Shown piece by piece: positions 16,129 through 24,500 of a DNA stretch of 64,000 nucleotides. Source of the DNA: Acidobacteria bacterium RIFCSPLOWO2_12_FULL_66_21 (GTDB taxonomy: Bacteria; Acidobacteriota; Vicinamibacteria; Vicinamibacterales; 2-12-FULL-66-21). The DNA lies in NCBI GenBank assembly GCA_001767455.1, contig MELC01000044.1:30163-94162 (forward strand), read 5' to 3'. The position numbers and the translations under genes were made by a program. The notes below the pieces were generated by a model. It searched no databases. It had not been told where the DNA came from and saw only the letters and a list, made by a program, of their open reading frames with translations. Every line of letters starts with the position of its first letter. The stretch's first letter is position 1.

Positions 16129-16331
16129 CGCGCGGGGCGTGGACGCCGCCGGCTGGCGGGCACGTCAATCTCCAGCCGCACACGGCCCATCAACGCCTTC
16201 AACTCGTCGATCCGCCGGCGGCGCACGAGTTCCCTGAGCGCCATGACGACGGTGTCGGTCTTCGACTTGAAGCCGAGCGTCGTGCGGGCCTCTTCGAGCA
16301 GGTCTTCGGGAAGGTCGAGCGTCGTACGCAT
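16125..16331 (-). CDS. vapB: Type II antitoxin VapB (ribbon-helix-helix/DUF2191-type)
   Basis: '[47 protein letters not shown]'. Confidence 0.85.
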   Translation of the reverse strand: MRTTLDLPEDLLEEARTTLGFKSKTDTVVMALRELVRRRRIDELKALMGRVRLEIDVPASRRRPRPAR

Positions 16332-16458
16332 ACGAATAATCATCAATCGTATGCCTACAGATGTCAAACCCCAGGCTGAACGTATGACCCAGACGACGGG
16401 GGTCGAGCGCACCTGCTCGACGGCCAGGCGATCGTCCCGGTAGCCAGGTCCGGCTACG

Positions 16459-18126
16459 TCACCTGACACCGTCGCGCCGCAGGCGCTCGCGGTCGATGAC
16501 CCGCCCTCCCTGAATCACCTCGTGAATCCGCCGCACGTGGCGAATGTCGTCGAGCGGGTTGGCACTGAGCAGCAGAAGATCCGCCCATTGCCCCGGCGCG
16601 ATCGTGCCAATCTCGGGCGCGTTGAGCACGCGCGCCGCCGCGCCCGTTGCGGCGACGAGCGCCTCGGCTGGCGAGAAACCGGACTCGACCAGCGCTTCCA
16701 GTTCGTGCTGCACGCCGAGCGGAAACGGGCTGTCCGTGCCGGCGGCGACGAGAACGCCGGCGTCATGGTAGCGGCGCACGCCGGCCTCGAGCCGCTGTAC
16801 CGCAGCGAGGAGAGCCGGACGACCGCGCTGCGCCGCGGCGTCGGTCCCATAGACAGGACGGTATTGCGGCTGAAGGAATGGCGCCACGTCGTCGGCCTGG
16901 AGCAGCGCGGGATCGTCCATCACGCGCACCATGGACAACCTGAGGGCCGCAGTCGGCACGATCCACTCACCGGACGCGCGCGCGAGCGCGACATAGTCAC
17001 CTCGCATCGTTCCGCGGTCGCGGAAGCAGTCGAGCACGTGCTCCGCGCCGTCAATGCCGGCCGCGACAACCGCCAGAATGTGCCCGCAGTGGCCGCTCAC
17101 TGGCATGCCGTAGCGGTGCGCCTCGCGGACGACGGTCGCGGCGCGCTCCCAACCCTGGAATCCCCGCTCTTTGGTGTACGCAGCGCCCATGCCCGCATTG
17201 ATGGCGACCCCCCGCGCGATATCGCCCGCGTCGGACACCATCTGGTTACCGAGCGTGGAATACCCTCCGCCGTGGTGGAACATCGCGCCCGCATAGACGA
17301 TGCGCGGTCCCTCACGCCCACCGGCCTCGACAATGTTCCGAAGGTCCGCCGTTTTCACGCGCTGCGACGCGATGTCGCGGACCGTCGTCACCCCGTTGTG
17401 CAGCCACGACAGCAGCGATGCGTCGTCCCAGATGTGCGCGTGCAGATCGATCAGGCCGGGAACGAGGTATTCGCCGGCGCCGTCGAGCACGCGTATGCCG
17501 GAGGCGTCAATCGAACCAGAGGGAGCGACGCGCGCGATGCGACCGTTGCGCACGAGCACGTCGCGCGGCTCCGACAAAGGCGAGCCGCGACCATCGATCA
17601 CGCGCGCGCCGCGAATGAGGACGGGCCGCGGTGCCGCGCGCACCTGATACTGAAGCGGCCACGGTACCGGCCGGATCGCGCCGTTCGCCGAACGAAGCCG
17701 CAGGCCGCTCGATGACAGGTAGAGGGCGCTGCCGTCGCGCGCGAATCGCGCCTCGACCGCCGGCTCGTCCGACACCGTGGAGGCCCTGCCGTTCAGGCCT
17801 GCGGGTCCGTCGAATGGCGCGCGCCAGAGCAAGTCGTGCTCGACCCACATCGCGTGACCGTCGGCGAGGAGCCGAAGGCTGGCGGGAAGGGACGGGAACC
17901 GCTCGACCGCCTGGCGCGTTGCGTCGAGTCGAATCCACTGCGCGCGCTCGATCGATCCCAACTCCCCTGGCGGCAATTGTGTCGCGACAAGGATTGCGTC
18001 CGAGGCCGGACTCCAGCCGGCCGTGCCCCACGCGGCGGTCGCGACGCCAAGATCGCGCGTCTGATCGACCCGCTCGACGGGTGGTCCCGCCGGATCCACC
18101 AGCCGTAGATGTCCGGCGGTGAACAC
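16459..18126 (-). CDS. Amidohydrolase-family domain, 3' part of a TolB-propeller/amidohydrolase gene interrupted by an in-frame TAG
   Basis: 'VLIRGARVIDGRGS...GRIARV...LDGAGEYLVPGLIDLHAHIW' (HxH metal motif), 'VSGHCGH' and 'AAGTDSP'. The frame is continuous with ORF 18133-19488 except for TAG 18133-18135. Confidence 0.75.
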   Translation of the reverse strand: MFTAGHLRLVDPAGPPVERVDQTRDLGVATAAWGTAGWSPASDAILVATQLPPGELGSIERAQWIRLDATRQAVERFPSLPASLRLLADGHAMWVEHDLLWRAPFDGPAGLNGRASTVSDEPAVEARFARDGSALYLSSSGLRLRSANGAIRPVPWPLQYQVRAAPRPVLIRGARVIDGRGSPLSEPRDVLVRNGRIARVAPSGSIDASGIRVLDGAGEYLVPGLIDLHAHIWDDASLLSWLHNGVTTVRDIASQRVKTADLRNIVEAGGREGPRIVYAGAMFHHGGGYSTLGNQMVSDAGDIARGVAINAGMGAAYTKERGFQGWERAATVVREAHRYGMPVSGHCGHILAVVAAGIDGAEHVLDCFRDRGTMRGDYVALARASGEWIVPTAALRLSMVRVMDDPALLQADDVAPFLQPQYRPVYGTDAAAQRGRPALLAAVQRLEAGVRRYHDAGVLVAAGTDSPFPLGVQHELEALVESGFSPAEALVAATGAAARVLNAPEIGTIAPGQWADLLLLSANPLDDIRHVRRIHEVIQGGRVIDRERLRRDGVR

Positions 18127-18132
18127 GGCGAT

Positions 18133-19488
18133 CTAGTTGCCGTCGGGCGACCAGAGCGCCGCGTCGATGTCCTGCCCTATCGCGGCGAGCACGCGACGTT
18201 CGCCGGTCGTCGCGTTTGCCGCGACGAGGTCGAACGATCGGCCGGGCCGCTCGCGTCGCGTCCACGCGATCTCCTGGCCGTCGCCCGACCAGGTGAGCAC
18301 GTTGTCGCCTGCCTCGGGCGCGGGCCCGAGCGCGTGCGGCTTCGCGCCGACCTCTCCGACCCAGAGGGCGTCGAGGGCGATCATCGCGATGCGTCGCGCG
18401 TCAGGGGACAGTGCGATGCTCGTGAAGCCCTTCGCGGTACGCTTCGATGCGGGTTCCGGAAAGCGCACCGGCCGCAGTGTCCCGCGACGCCGCGCGAAGC
18501 TCACGCGCGCGCGAAACGGAATGGGCGTGGGCGCGCCTCCGTCCGGCGACACGCGCCAGAGCCCACCGTCCGCGGAGTACACGAGGGCGCGGCCGTCGGG
18601 GGTCCAGCGAAGGCGGAACGTGACCACGTCGTCCTGATTGGTGAGCGGCCGTGCCACGCCGTCGCTTGCTTGCACCCAGACCTGCCACCGCTCCTTCGCG
18701 TCGCGCGAGAGAAACGCGAGACGCGAGCCGTCGGGCGACCAGGCCGGTGTCAGGCCGCGTGAGGTGGTCAGCGCCCGCGCGTCGCCGCCATCGGCCGGGA
18801 CTTCCCAAATGCGTCCGTCGCCTCGGACGGCATTCGAGGCCGTGTTGACGAATGCGAGGCGCGTCCCGTCGGCCGACCACGCGGGCGCCCCGTTGCGCGG
18901 CGTGAACCCGGGAAGCCGTGGCGCGGCGGGAAGACCGTCGATGCGCGTGATGCGCTCGGTGCCGCTGTCGATGTCGAGCACGGCGAGGGTGTCGCCGACC
19001 GCGTACGCCACATGGCGGCCGTCGGGCGCCCAGGCCGCTGACGCGTACGCGAAATAGGGGATGGGCCGCGACGCCAGCCGGCGCGCCGGACCGCCGGACG
19101 CAGGCATCACCCACAGCGCGCGTCCACCCGGGCGGTCGCTTTCGAAGATGATGCGCTGACCGTCGGGAGAGATCGCGGGATCGAAATCCTCGGCGGTGTC
19201 GCGGACGGCGTCGGTGATGGCGGCCGCGTCGCCGCCATCAATCGGCACCCGCCAGAGCTGGCCGAGCAGGTCGAAAACGATCCAGCGGCCGTCAGGCGAG
19301 ATGTCGAAGGCCAGCCGCGTGCCTTCGCTCGTTGCGAACGAGACGGTGTCGAACGCGTCGCGGGCCGCCACGGGCGGACCGCCGCGATTCTGACCGAGCG
19401 CGTTGAAGGAGACGACAGCGGAGGGAACGAGAGCGAGCGTGAGCAGCGCGCGCGAGGATCGCATGGTCTGCCTCCGATGCGCGCGCAC
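18133..19488 (-). CDS. TolB-like WD40 beta-propeller domain with signal peptide, 5' part of the same interrupted gene
   Basis: Signal peptide 'MRSSRALLTLALVPSAVVSF'. Eight or more blades carry the 'SPDG..IAF' signature (ISPDGRWIVF, ISPDGQRIIF, WAPDGRHVAY, WSADGTRLAF, WSPDGSRLAF, WTPDGRALVY ...). It ends 'WSPDGN' followed by TAG. Confidence 0.75.
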   Translation of the reverse strand: MRAHRRQTMRSSRALLTLALVPSAVVSFNALGQNRGGPPVAARDAFDTVSFATSEGTRLAFDISPDGRWIVFDLLGQLWRVPIDGGDAAAITDAVRDTAEDFDPAISPDGQRIIFESDRPGGRALWVMPASGGPARRLASRPIPYFAYASAAWAPDGRHVAYAVGDTLAVLDIDSGTERITRIDGLPAAPRLPGFTPRNGAPAWSADGTRLAFVNTASNAVRGDGRIWEVPADGGDARALTTSRGLTPAWSPDGSRLAFLSRDAKERWQVWVQASDGVARPLTNQDDVVTFRLRWTPDGRALVYSADGGLWRVSPDGGAPTPIPFRARVSFARRRGTLRPVRFPEPASKRTAKGFTSIALSPDARRIAMIALDALWVGEVGAKPHALGPAPEAGDNVLTWSGDGQEIAWTRRERPGRSFDLVAANATTGERRVLAAIGQDIDAALWSPDGN

Positions 19489-19717
19489 TGATCATCTCAG
19501 CGCGTCCGACAGTGTTGCTCTCACGGCGCAGGAATTGAGCCGGCGCCCAGTATACGCCGTCAGAAGCGCCGTTGGCACTCTATCAACCCGCTCACCATCT
19601 TCCGCATTCGACAGAGCGCCGAGGACAGGCGGTTCGGGAACCCGTGTCCTGCCGCGCGCGGTGGAAAGGCGGAAGTTAGTGTGAGAATGTGGCTATGCTC
19701 GTACACAACCCCCCGCG

Positions 19718-21277
19718 ATGAGATCCGCCACTGCGCGCCGGCTGCTGATTGCCGCTGCGGTGATGGCGGTCGTCGCCGCGCTCGCGGCTCTCGCGCTTCG
19801 CCAGGCGCTCGGCGGCGATCGCCTGCGCGCCGCCGTCGAGACGCGGTTGTCGGCCATGCTCGGACAGCCCGTCTCCATCGGCCGCCTGAGCGTCGACTTC
19901 TTCCCCCGCCCCTCGCTTGCCGGTGGCAACGTCCGTATCGGAGACGCGCGTGTCGTGGCGCCCCGGTTGGACGTCGACCGCGTCCGCATGCTGCCGCGGG
20001 TGCGATCGCTCTGGACGGGTCATGTGATCATCGAGCAGGTCGAGCTCGACGGATTCATCGCCTCCGTGCTGCGCGATCGTCAGGGCCGCTGGCACGTGCC
20101 CGCGGTCGTTCCGGTGCCGTCGAAGGATGCGAGAGCGGGCGCGGCCGTCCAGCGCGTGCGCGTGGCCAGCGGACGCGTGCGCGTGTTCGACCAGGCGTCC
20201 GGCGACGGCGTCGGCAAAACCGCCAGCATTGACGATCTGCAGGCAGATGCGACGGTCGAGGGCGGCAGCCTGAGGCTCGCTCCAATCACCGGACGGATTG
20301 GCCGCGCGAGGATTTCCGGTGAGGCGAGGACTGACGCCCGGGCTGTCCGTCTGACGTTCGGGGCGGACGCGATCGGGGATGACGATCTGCCGCTGTTTCT
20401 GCGTCTGCTTGGCAGCGACCGTCCTGCGTTTCTCCGATTGGGCGAACCGGCGTCGGTATCCGTCGCCGTCGAAGTGGATCGCGCCTCGTCGGTCATGACC
20501 GGGACGGGCGTGCTAGGTGCACCGCTGGTCCTCCTCGAATCGTTGCGGCTGCAGCGATTCGAAGCACCGTTCGCAATAAAAGGAACGATTCTTCGCTTCG
20601 ATCCGACCGCGTTCGCGATGTATGGCGGCACGCACCGCGGCGCGGTCGCTGTGGATCTCCGAGAGACGCCGGCGGCGTGGACGACGGACAGTCGGGTGAA
20701 CGGTATGAGCGTGGGGGAATTCCTGCGCGCGCTGACCGGTCGCGATCAGGGTCTCGACGGCACGGCGTCGATCGACGCGGCGCTCGGCGGGCGTGTCGGC
20801 GAACCACTCGACCGGACGGTGCGCGGCCGCGCGCATGTCACGGTGACCAGCGGGGTCATCCGCAATTTCCCGCTGCTCGCGACGATCAACCGCGCCCTGC
20901 GGCTCGCCGAACAGGAGAGCGGCGACACGCGATTCGAACGCCTGACGGCGAACGTGATGGTGGCCGCCGGTCACGCCACGACCGACGACCTCGTGCTCGA
21001 GGCCGCCCACGCGCGGGTGGAGGCTGCGGGCCGCATCGGCGCCGACCGCTCGCTTGCGCTCGGCGGCCGGGCGATCGTCGCCGCCGAACATGCGGCACGG
21101 GCTGTCGCGAGCGTCCACGAGATCGCACGGTTGCGCAACAGCCGCGGGGAAATCGTGGTGCCGCTGACGATCTCGGGCACCCTCGACGCGCCGTCGATCG
21201 ACATCGACCTGAAGGCGGCGATCGGCAAGGGCCTGATGGATGAACTGCGGCGCCGCCTGCGCCGAATCATCCGATAG
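19718..21277 (+). CDS. AsmA-family outer-membrane biogenesis protein
   Basis: N-terminal anchor 'RRLLIAAAVMAVVAALAALAL'. 'LSAMLGQPVSIGRLSVDFFPRPSLAGGNVRIGD' and C-terminal 'GEIVVPLTISGTLDAPSIDIDLKAAIGKGLMD' are typical of AsmA. Confidence 0.8.
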   Translation: MRSATARRLLIAAAVMAVVAALAALALRQALGGDRLRAAVETRLSAMLGQPVSIGRLSVDFFPRPSLAGGNVRIGDARVVAPRLDVDRVRMLPRVRSLWTGHVIIEQVELDGFIASVLRDRQGRWHVPAVVPVPSKDARAGAAVQRVRVASGRVRVFDQASGDGVGKTASIDDLQADATVEGGSLRLAPITGRIGRARISGEARTDARAVRLTFGADAIGDDDLPLFLRLLGSDRPAFLRLGEPASVSVAVEVDRASSVMTGTGVLGAPLVLLESLRLQRFEAPFAIKGTILRFDPTAFAMYGGTHRGAVAVDLRETPAAWTTDSRVNGMSVGEFLRALTGRDQGLDGTASIDAALGGRVGEPLDRTVRGRAHVTVTSGVIRNFPLLATINRALRLAEQESGDTRFERLTANVMVAAGHATTDDLVLEAAHARVEAAGRIGADRSLALGGRAIVAAEHAARAVASVHEIARLRNSRGEIVVPLTISGTLDAPSIDIDLKAAIGKGLMDELRRRLRRIIR

Positions 21278-21339
21278 CGCCGAAACGGGACCACGCCGAC
21301 TAATGAGACGAGTCGGGCCGCGTCGATCCGAACCTCGCT

Positions 21340-21497
21340 GGAGATATCCGTGGGTGCGCGTCGGCCGCGTGCCCGCGGTGGGGGAGTCGTTCGAGTTCGA
21401 CGGGCTGATGGTGCAGGTGCTCGAGGCCGAGCGTCGCCGCATCCATAAGGTGCGCTTCCGCCGGGCGGAAGTGGAGCCCGTCAGCGCCGACCGCTGA
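21340..21497 (+). pseudogene. CorC_HlyC transporter-associated domain remnant (C-terminal ~45 aa of a CNNM/HlyC-family gene)
   Basis: 'VGRVPAVGESFEFDGLMVQVLEAERRRIHKVRFRR' parallels the C-termini of the intact paralogues at 61249-62565 ('GRVPESGEQVVIEGVDVEIEVIEGDAV') and 62562-63851 ('GRPAVVGDTVRYERLQFEVTAVKGHGV'). Nothing upstream is homologous. Confidence 0.55.
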
Positions 21498-21532
21498 CGA
21501 GCCCCATCGTTCCATCTTCCAGGTGTTTCCCC

Positions 21533-24500
21533 CTATTTGTTGTGCGGCACACTCACGGTCGCGATCTTCGAGGATTCGTTGCCCGAAGCGTCGCGGCACG
21601 TGACGGTCACGCTGTAGGTCCGGCCGGGGCCGGAGCCGCCGCGCTCGGCGCGGAGATCGGCCGTCAGCGCGCCGGTCCTCGTCCAGTCGGAGGCGGTGTC
21701 GCCGTCGCCGAGGCCGTTTTCCGGCTCGCTGCTCGCGATCCGCGAGATGCTGCAGACCGGCGGGCCCGGCGCGTCGGTCGCGTCGACCGGGAAGCTGACG
21801 CGGACCATCTTGTGGTTCGCCGGCCAGAGTGAGGTCGTGCTCGGCGTCACGCTCGCGATGACCGGTGGCGTGGTGTCGACGATCGACAGCGCTCCTGCCT
21901 TGAACGTGATGGTGTAGTTCGGCGAGCTGATGCCGGACGGCACGACCGGGTAAGTCCCAACGGGACTCGATACGACCGCGGGCGTCCAGAACTCCAGTGC
22001 GCCGGAGAGCGACGACGGGCTATCGCCACCCGCGAAGCCGCTGTAGGAAGCGGTGAACGTCGGATTCGGCGTACCGAATTCGCGCGACGCGTCGTTGGCA
22101 GTCACGACCAGCGGGGCCGGGTCGAGGAGGATGGATCCGCTGCCCGCCGCGGGCAGGTAGTTCGCGTTGCCGGCAAACGACGCCAGCACCGCGTGCGTAC
22201 CCGCGTCGATCGGCGCCGCACTCGAGCCGTCGTAGGTGATTGTCACGGCGCCGAGGTCTTCGCCGAACACGCCATGCACCGAGGCGGTCGTCCCGTGCGG
22301 CGCCGCATCATACGTGAAGGGCCCCGCCGGCGCGACGTCCACATGCGCCGTCGCCGGGGTGATGCTCAACGTCCCATTCGTGAAGGACACGTCGTAGTTC
22401 GCGGCGGTGAGGCCCGACGGGACGATGTCGTACGTGCCGGTATCCGAATGATCGGTGGCGGCCGTCGTGACCTGGAGCCCGCCCTGCAGCTGCGCGGGTC
22501 CTTCGCCGAGGACGAAGCCCGCATACGCAACGCCGAACTCGGGATTCGCGGACCCGTACCGCCTGGTGGCATCATTCGCTCGCACCGTCAGCCTGACTGG
22601 CGTCACCGAGAGCGACCCGTCGACGAACGCGATGGCGTAGTTCAAGGACGTGACACCGCTCGGCGCGACGGAGTAAGCGCCTACCGGGCTGCTCGTCGTC
22701 GCCGGCGTGTTGAATGTCAGCGTTCCCGTCAAGGCGGTCGGATCCTCGCCGCTCACAAAACCGGAGTAAGTCGCAGTGAACACCGGATTGCCGGTGCCGT
22801 AGGTCTTCGTCGTGTCCTCGGCGGCGACGGTCAAGGCCGCCTTCGCAATCGTGAGCGTCGCGGAGGCAGTCGCGGCCGTGTAATTCGTGCTGCCCGCATA
22901 CGAGGCGGTCACGACATAGCTGCCGGCTTGAACCGGAGGTGCGGGCGAGCCGCGGCCGCTCGGGCTCTGCAGGAGCACGGACACGTTGTTGCTTCCCAGG
23001 TTCGTCACGACCAGATCGAGCGCGCCGTCTCCGTCGAGGTCGGTGACGGAGACGCCACGCGTCGAAGACCCCGCCATGTAGTTCGCCGCGGCCTCGAACG
23101 TGCCGTCGCCCCGGCCGATGAGCACGATGACGCTGCGATCGTTATTGGTCGCGAGAATGTCCGGCGCCCCGTCACGATTCACATCGGTCACCGTGATCCA
23201 CATCGTCGCCGAACCGGCCGGCAGATATGCCGGAGGGCCGAATGTCCCGTCTCCATGGCCCAGCCGAACGGCGAGGCCGGCCCAGCTGCCGGTGATCAGG
23301 TCCAGCCTGGCATCGTGATTGAGGTCTGCGATCTCGACGGCTTCGAGACCACGGCTGTCGGGGATGGAGACCGCCGGCTGGAAGGTCCCGTCGGCATTGC
23401 CGAAGAACATCGCCAGGATATCGTTCGGTGGATTGCTCTCGGTCAGGCTCGCCGGAACGACGATGTCGATGATCCCGTCGCCATTCAAGTCTCCGGCGGC
23501 CACGCCCAGAGTGCTTTCGTTGGAGGGCCCTAAAGCGCGTGGCGCCTGGAACGTCCCATCGCCGTTGCCGAGCATGAGGACGGCCCCATGGTAGTAACCA
23601 ACGGTCAAGAGATCGACTTTGCCGTCCCGATTCACATCCAGCGCCCGGATCTGATTTGCTGCAAACCCTCCAGTCGCCGTCGGCCCATTTTGAAACGTTC
23701 CGTCGCCGTTGCCGAGAAGGATGCTGGTGGTGTTCGAATATCCACCGCTCGCGACTGCGAGATCGAGACGACCGTCACCGTTGAAGTCCGCTGCGGCGAT
23801 CGACGACGGGTACTGGCCGACGGTGTACGTCGCCAGCGGCGAGAATCGGCCGGTCCCGTCGCCTTTCAAACTGCTGACCGTGCCATCCGAATGATTGGCG
23901 ACCGCAAGGTCGAACTTGCCGTCCCCGTCGAAATCGGCGACGACCGGCGCACCCATCGGTTGGTTGCCGACGCCGTAATTCACGGCGGCCGCGAATTGGA
24001 CCAGTAACCCACTCGTGCCACTGCCGTAAGTGAACGTCACGGGACCAAGCGATTCGCCCTGCGCGCCGGTCACGGTCGCGCTCCCTGCGTGCGGCTGGCC
24101 ATCGTAGATGAACGTGCCGCCTGTCGCCGAAACCGCCGGCGTCCCCTTCGTGATGACGAGGTCGGCCTCGACCGCCGGAGCGACATAGTTCGGGTTGGTC
24201 AACGTCGCGACGAGATGATGTGTTCCCGCGTTCACCGGCAGGTTGTGCGTACCGTCCTCGTAGGTGACGGAGACACCTGTGAGGTTGGCCGGATCCGTTG
24301 CCACGACCGGCGAGATGCCGGATCCCGTGTAGGTCTGGGTCAGGCGCGACAGCAGGATTTGCGCGGGCGCCTTGATGACCCACAGCAAACCGGTGGCACT
24401 GGACGCCGCGTACGACGAGTCTCCGGCGAAACTCGCCCCGAGCGTGAACGAGCCCGCGTTCGCACCGGCCACCGAAATCCCCGTGGCCGTTGCAACGCCG

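Noticed and set aside
18133-18135. The in-frame TAG as pyrrolysine or another programmed recoding event.
   Set aside because: No pyl genes or recoding signals are visible in the window, and the lineage is not known for Pyl use. A nonsense mutation or a sequencing error is more parsimonious. It is kept as a finding, but not as recoding.
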